This document shows positions 14,440-23,332 of a DNA stretch of 35,056 nt, piece after piece. The translations under genes were made by a program, and so were the position numbers. Origin of the DNA: a virus (Duplodnaviria > Caudoviricetes); the IMG/VR virus record IMGVR_UViG_3300037478_000172, positions 1-35,056 of that record; one strand, 5' to 3'. The number at the start of each line of letters is the position of its first letter. The first letter of the stretch is position 1. The notes beneath the pieces were generated by a model. The model saw only the letters and a program-made list of their open reading frames with translations, had not been told where the DNA came from and did no database searches.

Positions 14440-15486
14440 TCAGAGGAACAGGCAGGGCCACGTCCGGGCGCCGACGATCCCGTCGACGGCGAGCCGGAAG
14501 AACGCTTGCAACTCCCGGACGGCGCGGTCGGTGGCGGGCCCGAAATCGCCGTCGACGGCGAGCCGTTTTCCCGACTTGGCGTTGAGGAGGGCCTGTAGCG
14601 AGCGGACGTCGCCGCCCTTGTGGCCTCGGCGGAGCATTCGGACATTCACGGTGACGGTTCCTCCTGATGTTGGGGGCGGTGCAGGCGGCCGAGGCGGCGT
14701 ACCGCCCGGTGCCGGGAACCCGGCGGTCACCCAGGCGAACGCCGGAGCGCCGGGGCACAGAGTCACCTTCCAGTGACGGTGTCCCCATCGGAGCCGGGCG
14801 AGGCGCCGGCCCTCGTCGAGGGCCGCGAACTTGGCCGGGTCGGTGATCGGGTCGCCGTCGCCGATCAGGAGACACACCGCGTAGGAACGGTCGTTGCCGG
14901 CGGTCGTGCCCTGTGCGGCGGTGCGGATCCCGGGCCCGCGGCCCTCGTAGCGGTGGCCGTGCGGGCAGTCGCCCGAGCTGTACGCGAAGTCGGCCCATCC
15001 GCGGGTGTCGAGGTGGAACCGCTGGTAAGCGCGCATGATCGTCGGGCATCGGGCGTGGTCGGCGGTCGCCAGGAACCGGGCCCACGAGGAGCGATCGACG
15101 CCCGACCAGGGCGACGGGCCGCCGTAGTGCAGGGTCGTGCCCTCCGGGCTCCGGATCGCCGTCCTCGACCGAGGCGGCCGGGCGCCCCACGCGGCCCGGG
15201 AGTGGAACGGGGTCGAGTGCTCGACGCCCGGGTCGTTCGGCGGCGGGAGCCCGATGTCGGGATGCGGGAGCTCGCGGCCCTCGCCGTGGGCGACGGCGTT
15301 CTCCCACTCCATCACCTCATAGAGCTCGACGAGGTGCGTCGGGACGCCGTGAACGTCGCCGTCGAAATCGCCCTCGCCGACGCCGGCCGCGGCCAGGCCG
15401 TCGAGCTCGACGGGGTCGAGGCCCTCGAACGGCGACAGGTCGCCGGTCGGTTCCTGGCCGGGTTCGGGCGCGTGAAAGTCAGTCAC
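14440..15486 (-). CDS. Endolysin: N-acetylmuramoyl-L-alanine amidase (PGRP/Amidase_2 type) + C-terminal peptidoglycan-binding domain
   Basis: SRAAWGARPP, TLHY, RGWADFAYS, YEGRG, GHRH...CPG; C-terminal LRRG..G.DV..LQ..L...VDG.FGP.T..AV..LQ....VDGIVG..TW. Confidence 0.93.
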   Translation of the reverse strand: MTDFHAPEPGQEPTGDLSPFEGLDPVELDGLAAAGVGEGDFDGDVHGVPTHLVELYEVMEWENAVAHGEGRELPHPDIGLPPPNDPGVEHSTPFHSRAAWGARPPRSRTAIRSPEGTTLHYGGPSPWSGVDRSSWARFLATADHARCPTIMRAYQRFHLDTRGWADFAYSSGDCPHGHRYEGRGPGIRTAAQGTTAGNDRSYAVCLLIGDGDPITDPAKFAALDEGRRLARLRWGHRHWKVTLCPGAPAFAWVTAGFPAPGGTPPRPPAPPPTSGGTVTVNVRMLRRGHKGGDVRSLQALLNAKSGKRLAVDGDFGPATDRAVRELQAFFRLAVDGIVGARTWPCLFL

Positions 15487-15501
15487 GGGGTGACCTCCTG
15501 G

Positions 15502-16617
15502 TCAATCGCTGAGGTTCTGAGTCGTGCCGTCGTAGGACGAGACGACGACGGCGACGAGCCGCGGCGCCGCGAGGACGTCGACCACTGAATCGAGCGGGCC
15601 TCCGGAGCTCTGGTAGACCTCGATCCGGTGCGTGGCCGCACTCTCGGGCCCCGCGGCGGGCTCCTCGGCCGTCTGCACGTGCGTTGTGCCATCCGGCGCC
15701 GCGGCGACGCGGGACGTGGCGCCAGGGAACCCGAACGGCAGGAACATGACGCGGATCCCGCGGGAGCCGGTCGGATTGGCCTCGAACGCGACCTCGGCGA
15801 CCAGGGCGGCGAGCGTGCCGTTATCGCCGGTCGGCGGGAGGGCGACCTCGACGAGGGCCTGACGGACGGTCTGGCCGGTGGCGAGCGTGCCGACGCCGAA
15901 CGTGCATCCGGTGAACGAGGTCGCCGTCGTGCCGGTGTATCGCACGATCCGATCGGTTCCGGTGACCTCGATCGCGAGATACCCGGCCGGGTCGAAATCC
16001 GTCGTGTCGTCGACGTGGATCGTCCCCTGTGGGAGCTCGGCCGCGTCGCTCCCGACGGCGATCGCGGTCGTCGGCGCCGGCGAGGTGAACTCGGTCCATC
16101 CGTCGCCGACCGTGACCCGGCGCAGATTCCACGCGGCCGGGGCCCACAGGTCGTCGGGAACCGTTTGGGCCCGCGGGTGTTGCCAGAAGATCAGCGGGCG
16201 CTCGACGTCGAGGTCGCCGGTGACGACGAGGTCGCCGGTCGAGCTCGCGATCCCTTGCACGGTGATCGAGACCGTGGCGGCGCCCTGAGTGACCTCGACC
16301 GTCGCCGAGGAGGTGGCGCGCGGGTCGTCGGACGGGATCCATTGGCCGATGATGATCCGCTCGCCGGCCTCGACGAGCTCGAAGTCGACAGGCACGCCAG
16401 CCGCGAGGGCCTCGGTCTCGGCGGACGTGGCGACGATCGTCATCACGTCGCCGACGATCGACACGGCGGTCGTGAGGGCGACGGCGTCGAGCTCGGCCGA
16501 GAACGAACGGCCCGCCAGGACGCCCGTCGGCGACCAGGTGAGCGTCAGCGTCAGCGTCGCGCCACGGCGAAACAGGACGTCGAGGCCGGGCGGCCGAACG
16601 TCGGCGAGGGCTGTCAC
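15502..16617 (-). CDS. Minor tail / receptor-binding protein 2
   Basis: Beta-rich; N-terminal ~125 aa paralogous to 16766..18901. Confidence 0.75.
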   Translation of the reverse strand: MTALADVRPPGLDVLFRRGATLTLTLTWSPTGVLAGRSFSAELDAVALTTAVSIVGDVMTIVATSAETEALAAGVPVDFELVEAGERIIIGQWIPSDDPRATSSATVEVTQGAATVSITVQGIASSTGDLVVTGDLDVERPLIFWQHPRAQTVPDDLWAPAAWNLRRVTVGDGWTEFTSPAPTTAIAVGSDAAELPQGTIHVDDTTDFDPAGYLAIEVTGTDRIVRYTGTTATSFTGCTFGVGTLATGQTVRQALVEVALPPTGDNGTLAALVAEVAFEANPTGSRGIRVMFLPFGFPGATSRVAAAPDGTTHVQTAEEPAAGPESAATHRIEVYQSSGGPLDSVVDVLAAPRLVAVVVSSYDGTTQNLSD

Positions 16618-16769
16618 GAGGAGCTCCTGTCGTCGGGCTCGGGCTCGGAGCTCTGCACGAGCTCGCCGAGAACGGAGAGCGCCGCCCGCATGGCGTCGAC
16701 CTCGTGTGGGAGGGCGCGGGTGCCGGCGACGACGTTCGCGAGGATCTGTAGGGCCTGTTCCGGGGTCAT
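16614..16769 (-). CDS. Small helical protein, possible fibre chaperone
   Basis: MTPEQALQILANVVAG...; ATGA/GTGA overlaps; 51 aa. Confidence 0.65.
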   Translation of the reverse strand: MTPEQALQILANVVAGTRALPHEVDAMRAALSVLGELVQSSEPEPDDRSSS

Positions 16770-18901
16770 CCGACGACGACCCACGAGCCGCGATTGAACG
16801 ACCAGACGATCGTCACGCCGCGCCCGCCGAGCGATAGGACGACGTCGGTGCCGCCGTTCTCGACGTTCGAGCCGGCGAGGTTGGCCTCGTCCTGAATCGT
16901 GACGTCGGCGCCGGTGTAGAGCCACAGGTGCGCGACCTGGCCGTCGGCGACGCCGTTCGGGATCGTCGGCGTCGAGGTGAGCGTGATCGGGACGTTCGGG
17001 TTCGACAGGTTCCCGACCCGCTTCGCCTTGGCGTTGATCGTGATCGTGTCGGAGGCGGCGTCGACGAACGCCGAGCTCGGCGTCGCGACCTCTGTCGAGG
17101 CGTTCCGGATCCCGATATCGGTCGTGGCCTTTGTCAGGGCGGCGATGTCGACGCCGACCATCGTCCCGAGCGCGCCGACGCCGGCGGGATCCTTCACCCA
17201 CAGGCCGCGGCGGGTCGTGACCGTGGCGCCGGCGCCGATCGAGCCGGCGAGCTCGACGCCGGTCCACTCGGTCGCCGTCAACGTGCCGCCGCCGGCGACG
17301 CCGAACTGAGCGTTATCCAACACGGAGCGGACGGCCTGAGCGGTCACGGCGGCGGCGTCGGCCTGGACGTTGACCTGCATCACCAGGCCGTTAAATGGCG
17401 TCAGGTTGCGGGCCTCGCCGGTCGGGTTCTTGACCGTGTGAGCGGCGCTCATCAGGTTTCCGATCCCGAGCGGGCTCGCGCGCTCGTAGATCGCCGTCCC
17501 GAACATGCCCAACCCGGAGAGCTCGTTTCCGAACTGGAAACCGGCCGGGTCGTCGAGCGTGACGGTCCCGGCCCACTCGACGAGCCGCACGGGCTCGGGC
17601 TCCGTGTGAGTCAACGCCTCGGTTAGCACGTTGATGGGGTCGCGTGCGTTGATCTGGCCGCGGGTGGCGTGCAGGGTCGAGCCGAGGATCAGGTCGTCGC
17701 CGGCGTCGCGGCCGCCGTAGAAACCCTCGTCGGCGACGACGGGGTGCACGGACTGAACGCCGATCTTGGTCGCGCCGAGGGTGAACTCCTGGATCCGGAG
17801 CCCGATTTCCTCGTCGAGGGTCGGCGCCGTCGGGTCGAAGTCGCCGACGCCGGACCAATGCGGGCCCTCGGGCTCAGGGATGATGGGGTGAATGCCCTCG
17901 AACGCGGCCATCACGTCGAAAGCGATCCGCCGGCGGATCGACGAGTCGCCGAACAGGCCGGGCATTGAGAGGAACGACACGAGCTCGTAGTCGTGAGTCA
18001 GGCCGTCGAGCTCGCCGCCGTCGGTCGAGCCATAGACCGCCGCGTCGACGAACGCCGCGCCGCCGGCGTTGACGTCCGTGCCGACGAGCTCACAGAGCGC
18101 GCCATCGGCGACGGTCGAGCGAGCCGACAGGAACGACCAGGACGGGGCGAGGTCGCGGGCATTCCCGGCGTCGTTCGCGATCGTCAGGGCGTCGTAGTAG
18201 CCGACCGGGGCGAACCCGAGGATGGTCATATCGCGGGCGTAGCGAACGAGGCCCTCAAGATTGAAGATCCCGCGGGGCCCGAAGTAGCCGGTCTGGAATT
18301 GCGGCCCGAGCGGGTTTCCGCCGGGCTCGATCGTCACGTCGGCGTCGACGTAGATCGCGGTCCCGAGCGCCGTCGACGTCGGGTCGTGGTCGAGGGTGTA
18401 ATCCCACGGGATCTGTAGCGAGTGGGCCCGGATCACGCCGCCGTCGACGGTGCCGTCGCCGACGATCGTCGCCTCGGCCATCGTGAGGTCGCCGCCGACG
18501 GCGAGGTCTCCGACGGAGCCGCCGAACCCGGCGACCGTGACCTCGACCGTGGCGCCGCCCGACGTGACCTCGATCGTGGTCGAGCTCACCGCGGCGGCGT
18601 CGTTCGAGGGTGTCCACGTGCCGACGATCACAGGCTCGTCGGTGCCGCCGATGTCCTCGTCGAGCTCGAACTCGACCTCGACGCCCACGGCGAGGGCCCC
18701 GGTCTCTGTGTCCGTGACGATCACGGTCATCACGTCGCCGACGATCGACACGGGCGTCGTGAGCGCCGTGCCGTTGAGCTCTGCGGAGAACGTGCGGCCT
18801 GTGAGCTCGCCGGCGGGCCAATTGAGCGTCGCGGTGAGCGTGTTCCCGGGTCGAAACAGGACGTCGAGCGCGGGCGGCCGGACATCGACGAGCGTAGACA
18901 T
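16766..18901 (-). CDS. Minor tail / receptor-binding protein 1 (tail spike/fibre)
   Basis: 711 aa, Gly/Thr/Val-rich beta structure, position after tail tip gene. Confidence 0.78.
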   Translation of the reverse strand: MSTLVDVRPPALDVLFRPGNTLTATLNWPAGELTGRTFSAELNGTALTTPVSIVGDVMTVIVTDTETGALAVGVEVEFELDEDIGGTDEPVIVGTWTPSNDAAAVSSTTIEVTSGGATVEVTVAGFGGSVGDLAVGGDLTMAEATIVGDGTVDGGVIRAHSLQIPWDYTLDHDPTSTALGTAIYVDADVTIEPGGNPLGPQFQTGYFGPRGIFNLEGLVRYARDMTILGFAPVGYYDALTIANDAGNARDLAPSWSFLSARSTVADGALCELVGTDVNAGGAAFVDAAVYGSTDGGELDGLTHDYELVSFLSMPGLFGDSSIRRRIAFDVMAAFEGIHPIIPEPEGPHWSGVGDFDPTAPTLDEEIGLRIQEFTLGATKIGVQSVHPVVADEGFYGGRDAGDDLILGSTLHATRGQINARDPINVLTEALTHTEPEPVRLVEWAGTVTLDDPAGFQFGNELSGLGMFGTAIYERASPLGIGNLMSAAHTVKNPTGEARNLTPFNGLVMQVNVQADAAAVTAQAVRSVLDNAQFGVAGGGTLTATEWTGVELAGSIGAGATVTTRRGLWVKDPAGVGALGTMVGVDIAALTKATTDIGIRNASTEVATPSSAFVDAASDTITINAKAKRVGNLSNPNVPITLTSTPTIPNGVADGQVAHLWLYTGADVTIQDEANLAGSNVENGGTDVVLSLGGRGVTIVWSFNRGSWVVVG

Positions 18902-19019
18902 CGGAGGAGCTCCTCGGATCGGGCGCCCCGTGCGCCGCTCAGGCGCTCCGGGGCCCGCTGATGACTGACCGGTGCCAGGAACCCGCTACGGGCCGCTGAG
19001 GGGCCGTCGGGCGAGCCCT

Positions 19020-22000
19020 CTAGGCGGGGCTCAGGTCGTAGGTGACCTCCCAAAGCGTTCCGCCCTGAGAGAACCGGTGCCGGACCGACTCGACGAAATA
19101 GTCGCCGTTGACGCCCATCCCGGTCCGGTTCTCGGCGACGAGGCGAATCTTGTCGCCGACCCGCCGGCGGATCGCCTGAGCCCGGTAGCCGGCGTTCTTG
19201 TTCGCGATGTACTCGATCCGGAAGATCGGCCGGTCGTCGGAGTAGCCGACGAGCACGCCCTCGGCGTAGCCCTCGGCGTCGTCCTCGGTCGCGAAGATGT
19301 TCGAGGGCACCTCATGCGAGCGGATCGTGCGGAGCTCGTCCTGTGAGGCGACGTCGTCGACGGTCACGAACCGGCCCGACGACGCCTCGAAGTCGGTCGG
19401 GTTCTTGAGCGTCGGTAGGCGGACGTGCGGCCCGTTGAAACCGCGCACGGCCAGGAGGACCGACTCCTGAATCTCGAACCCGACGAGGCCGGAGAACGCC
19501 GTCGGATCCTCCGACTCGGCGAGCGCGTCCCTGTTGGCCGTCGTCAGGCCGACGTCGAACCCGTTCACGGTGCCAGGCGCGAAGCTGGTCAGCCCGCCGT
19601 AGTAGCCGGCCGGGAGCTTGACATTGTCGAGGCCGCCTCCGGCTACGGAGGTGAGCCCGGCGTTCACGGCGATGAACAGGACGGGCACCCGGCCCCAGCC
19701 GGTCACCAGGGGCGGAGGCTTGTCGCCGGGCACGAACTCGGCGAGCTTGATCCCCTGGTCGTTCGCCGCCTCGAACCAATCGCCTATGCGGTAGATGTAG
19801 GCGATCCACGCCCCGCCGAGCGTCCCGGTGTTTGTGTAGAACCGGACGGTTTGAGCGGCCGCGCCGATGCCGGTGAAATGGCTGTAAATCCGGGTTCGGA
19901 TCGAGTCGTCGTCACGGCCCGGGAACGAGCGGTGAGCGGTCCACCAGATCGGCGTGTGCCAGCCGATGCCCGAGCTCGCGACCGACGAGGCGATGACGAC
20001 GAGCGCCAGGTCGCCGGGGTCGAGGGCCGGAATGTCGACGTCGACGTGATTCGCGACGCCGGCGCCGGTGATATTGCTGTCGGTCGTGAACGAGGCGATC
20101 CCGACCATCTCGGGCGAGACGCCGGCGGTGACCCGGTTCACGATGTCGCGGCGCTGGTCGAGCGGGCTTATGTCCCGGTAGCCGAGCTGAGTGCCCTCGG
20201 CGTCGGAGAACGTCGCGACGACAGGAGCTCCGGAGCGGGCGGCCCGGTCCTGAAACCCGATCGGGCCCTCTGGCATCTCGTGCAGGAACCCGAGCTCGGT
20301 CTCCTCGAACGCTCGGGCGAGCCCTAGCGCCTTGCCGTCCGGGAGCGTGACGGCGCCCGTGGTCACGAGGCCCTCGTCGAGCTCGCCCGGGGGGTGCAGG
20401 AGGCCGCCTTTCGCCAGGACGTCGCCGACGAGAACGCCCGTCGCCGCGCCTTGAATCGCGGGAGGGCTGACGACGTCCGGGAGCGCGGCACGGGCGAGCT
20501 CGCCCTCGGCCTTCACCTCGGCGACCTTGTCGCCGCTGACCGGCGCGGCCGGGCGAACCTCCGTGACGTCGCCGGTCCACAGGATGCCCTCGACGTCGCC
20601 GGTCACGCCGTCGAACACGTAGAAATCGTCGGCGATCGGCGCCGGGAGCGCGTCCTGAGGGAACGCGTCTCGATCCCACGTGAGGAGAATCCCGGCGTTG
20701 TCGGCCGGGCTGAGCGTCGTCGTCTCGGTGAGCACGGGCACGCCGCCGAGGTAGCCGGTCGCGGTGCCGTCGAGGCCGACCCGGAGCCCGAGCGTCATCC
20801 CGGGCCACGGCCACACGAGGTAGGACGCGAGGACGTCCTCGACGCCGGCGACGACCTCGCCGAGCTGTAGCTGAGTCGAGCCGAAGTGCATCCGGACGAA
20901 CACGTAGTTATCGGCGTCGGCCGCCCAGGCGACGACGCCGGCGTGCGTGTCGCTGTGACCCGGGAGCACTCCTATCGCGGCCTGCACGTAGTGCTCGTCG
21001 GTGCCGACGTCGATGTGAGCGACGCCGTCGTCGCCGGAAAAGTCGCTGGTCGTGGCTGTGCCGGAGCTCACGGTGATCGCCGCCGGCGCCGTCCACGCCT
21101 GGCCGGTCTCGGCCGTGCCGAGCACGCCGTCGGCCCGGTCGAACCGGTCGCGGGCGAGGAGAGCCGGAACGCCTCCGGGCGGCGCCTCGACGATCGCCGC
21201 CGTGCCGTCGAGGGTCCAGAGCTCGCCCTCGCCGCCCGTGAACGACGTCGTCCCGACTTCGAGGCCGCGGAAGTCGGCCAGGGCGCGGGTGTCGGTCGAG
21301 TCGATCAGCCCGGCCCGCCACTCGGCGACGTAGACGTGTCCGCCGAGGGGCTCGGCGCCGGCGAAGCTGAGCGAGTGATCGCCGGCGGCGAACTCGGCGC
21401 TCGACGAGAAGATCGACGTCGTGCCGGGCGTCGTCACCTCGTCGAGGAGCTCGGGCGTCTCCTCGTACCGGTCGGCGGTGTAGAACCGCACGACGTGATT
21501 CCCGGCGCCGTCGTCGACGTCGATCGAGCACCAGAGGGCTTGACGGCGATGGCTCGGGAGGCGGACGCCTGACGTCGTGATGATCTGATTCGGGATCGTG
21601 CCGTCGGGCGTGTGGATCAGCCGCGGGAACCCGTTCGCGTTGACCTGTAGCATCGCCGACCGCTCGTCGCCGGCCGATTCGAACTTAGAGGCGACCGTTT
21701 GGATCGCGCCGGTGGCGTCGAGCGGGTCGAACTCGGAGCCGATCGTGAGGTCGCCGACGACGTCGAGCGTCGGATCGTCGGGCGTCGAGGCGACCGCGCC
21801 GTTTAGGTCCGACCCGTCGAGCTCTAGGGCGTGCACGGTGACGGCCCGGATCCGGATCCGGCGGCCGACCTTGAGACTGTTCCCGTCCTGATTGAGCGGC
21901 GACGACGCGTTGAAAAAGCTAAACCGGTCGTCGTCGTTCCGGAGGAGGAGTCGGAGCTGACCGGGGCTCGCCTTGCCGGTGAGCTGAGACGGGAAATCGC

Positions 22001-22193
22001 GCCCGGTCAGGGTCTCGCCGTCGACGAGGTAGCCGGTGACGTTCTCGACCTCCTGGTCGAAATCGCCGTCGTTGTCGAAATCCCACTCGACGACGACGTC
22101 GGTCAGGACGCCGGCCGTGCCGGGCGTGAACGCCACGCCGGCGGTGCCGCCGAGCTCGATCCCGCCCTCGCCGAGAACCTCAGTCGTCGACAT
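19020..22193 (-). CDS. Large tail tip/hub protein with lectin (LamG/ConA-like) insertions
   Basis: 1057 aa; N-terminal EWD..NDGDF...GR.....G...L.L.N.D.RFS hub-like motif, DRFDRADG.LG.AETGQ.W lectin-like segment, C-terminal GDKIRLV...FVESVRH....W.VT..LSP. Confidence 0.8.
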   Translation of the reverse strand: MSTTEVLGEGGIELGGTAGVAFTPGTAGVLTDVVVEWDFDNDGDFDQEVENVTGYLVDGETLTGRDFPSQLTGKASPGQLRLLLRNDDDRFSFFNASSPLNQDGNSLKVGRRIRIRAVTVHALELDGSDLNGAVASTPDDPTLDVVGDLTIGSEFDPLDATGAIQTVASKFESAGDERSAMLQVNANGFPRLIHTPDGTIPNQIITTSGVRLPSHRRQALWCSIDVDDGAGNHVVRFYTADRYEETPELLDEVTTPGTTSIFSSSAEFAAGDHSLSFAGAEPLGGHVYVAEWRAGLIDSTDTRALADFRGLEVGTTSFTGGEGELWTLDGTAAIVEAPPGGVPALLARDRFDRADGVLGTAETGQAWTAPAAITVSSGTATTSDFSGDDGVAHIDVGTDEHYVQAAIGVLPGHSDTHAGVVAWAADADNYVFVRMHFGSTQLQLGEVVAGVEDVLASYLVWPWPGMTLGLRVGLDGTATGYLGGVPVLTETTTLSPADNAGILLTWDRDAFPQDALPAPIADDFYVFDGVTGDVEGILWTGDVTEVRPAAPVSGDKVAEVKAEGELARAALPDVVSPPAIQGAATGVLVGDVLAKGGLLHPPGELDEGLVTTGAVTLPDGKALGLARAFEETELGFLHEMPEGPIGFQDRAARSGAPVVATFSDAEGTQLGYRDISPLDQRRDIVNRVTAGVSPEMVGIASFTTDSNITGAGVANHVDVDIPALDPGDLALVVIASSVASSGIGWHTPIWWTAHRSFPGRDDDSIRTRIYSHFTGIGAAAQTVRFYTNTGTLGGAWIAYIYRIGDWFEAANDQGIKLAEFVPGDKPPPLVTGWGRVPVLFIAVNAGLTSVAGGGLDNVKLPAGYYGGLTSFAPGTVNGFDVGLTTANRDALAESEDPTAFSGLVGFEIQESVLLAVRGFNGPHVRLPTLKNPTDFEASSGRFVTVDDVASQDELRTIRSHEVPSNIFATEDDAEGYAEGVLVGYSDDRPIFRIEYIANKNAGYRAQAIRRRVGDKIRLVAENRTGMGVNGDYFVESVRHRFSQGGTLWEVTYDLSPA

Positions 22194-22196
22194 TGC

Positions 22197-23102
22197 TCAG
22201 GTCTTGATGATGAATTGAACGACGAGGAACGGCGGGTTCTCGACCTCCGTGTCGCCGCCGAGCGCCGTCGCGGTCGTGTTGGGCGTGCTGGCGCCAGCCG
22301 CGGCAGAGTCGGCGGCGGTCAGGGTCGGCGTCCACGCGTCAACGTTCTTGCGTCGCATCACGCGGTTGTTTCCGCCGGCCGCGGCCATCGTCCATGCGGC
22401 GAACGAGGTCGCCGAGTCGAGGTCGTGCACGTGGTCGATCGCTCCGCCGGCGTCGCCCATCGCCGCGCCCGTGCCGGACGAGGCGAGCCCGAGCGGGAAC
22501 CTCTGTTGCAGGTCAGGCAGATTGAACGTCGTCGACAGGTCGCCGGCGCCGTAGGTCTCGCCGATCACGGCGAACAGGTCGGCGAACGTGGTCCGCGAGA
22601 CCGCGGAGCCGTCGCACAGGAGCCAGCCGGTCGGCGCCTCCTCGGCGCCGTAGGCAACTATCGAGCCGGTCGGGTTCACGTTCTCCTCCGTGTCGCCGAG
22701 CTGAATCCGCGGCGTGATGTCGATCTGATCGTTCTCGAACTCGATCGACACGGGCCCGTCGAAAAACTCGACCGCTTCGAGGGCGCCGTCGCTGTCCCGG
22801 GTCAGGTAGTAACCCCAAATGTTCTGAGCGGTGCCGGTCGAGCTCCGGACGAACGACTCGGTCGCGTTGACGCCGACCGTCGGGTTCCCGGGCGTCGTCG
22901 TCCACGTGCCGCCAGTGATCGGCGCCGCGGCGTAGCCCGGGAAGTCGGCTTGCAACAGGTCGCCCTCGTCGATGGCGTCGAGCTCGTCCGGGCCGCCGAT
23001 CAGGGCCGGATTGTTCTTGTGTAGGCGGAGCGTGTAGTCGACGGCGAGGATCAGGTCGAGGAAATGCTCCTCGCCCTGGTCGACGACGATCAGGCCGCTC
23101 AC
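22197..23102 (-). CDS. Tail protein with phage tail-collar domain
   Basis: PTG.I.AYG...APTGWLLCDGSAVSRTTFADLFAVIG..YGAGD.STTFNLPDL..RFP.G and terminal N.PFLVV.FIIKT. Confidence 0.88.
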   Translation of the reverse strand: MSGLIVVDQGEEHFLDLILAVDYTLRLHKNNPALIGGPDELDAIDEGDLLQADFPGYAAAPITGGTWTTTPGNPTVGVNATESFVRSSTGTAQNIWGYYLTRDSDGALEAVEFFDGPVSIEFENDQIDITPRIQLGDTEENVNPTGSIVAYGAEEAPTGWLLCDGSAVSRTTFADLFAVIGETYGAGDLSTTFNLPDLQQRFPLGLASSGTGAAMGDAGGAIDHVHDLDSATSFAAWTMAAAGGNNRVMRRKNVDAWTPTLTAADSAAAGASTPNTTATALGGDTEVENPPFLVVQFIIKT

Positions 23103-23332
23103 GACGCCGCCTCGGCGAGCTCGATCCCGGCGAGCCAGAGCTCGACCGCCCGCGCGCCCTCGTGGTAGGCGTGCATCAGCACGGCCTCGGCGCCGTCGAG
23201 GTCGCCGGCGTCGACGAGCTCGCGGGCCTCGCCGGCGGCGGCCTGAGCTCGGGCCCGGCGCTTCGCCGGATCAATCCGGAGCGCGCGGCGCTCGGCGAGC
23301 GTCAGCGTCTCCCGTGTGCGGATCTGAGCCAT
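23099..23332 (-). CDS. Hypothetical protein
   Basis: 77 aa, coupled to tape measure stop. Confidence 0.65.
   Translation of the reverse strand: MAQIRTRETLTLAERRALRIDPAKRRARAQAAAGEARELVDAGDLDGAEAVLMHAYHEGARAVELWLAGIELAEAAS

Noticed and set aside
15502-18901. Diversity-generating retroelement or invertase-driven fibre switching
   Set aside because: No reverse transcriptase or serine invertase; the repeats are direct, N-terminal and lack adenine-specific variation.
2332-23332. ssrA-like degradation tags (EEAAA, REAAS, AEAAS C-termini)
   Set aside because: Explained by overlapping GGAGGCGG ribosome-binding sites of the next coupled gene.
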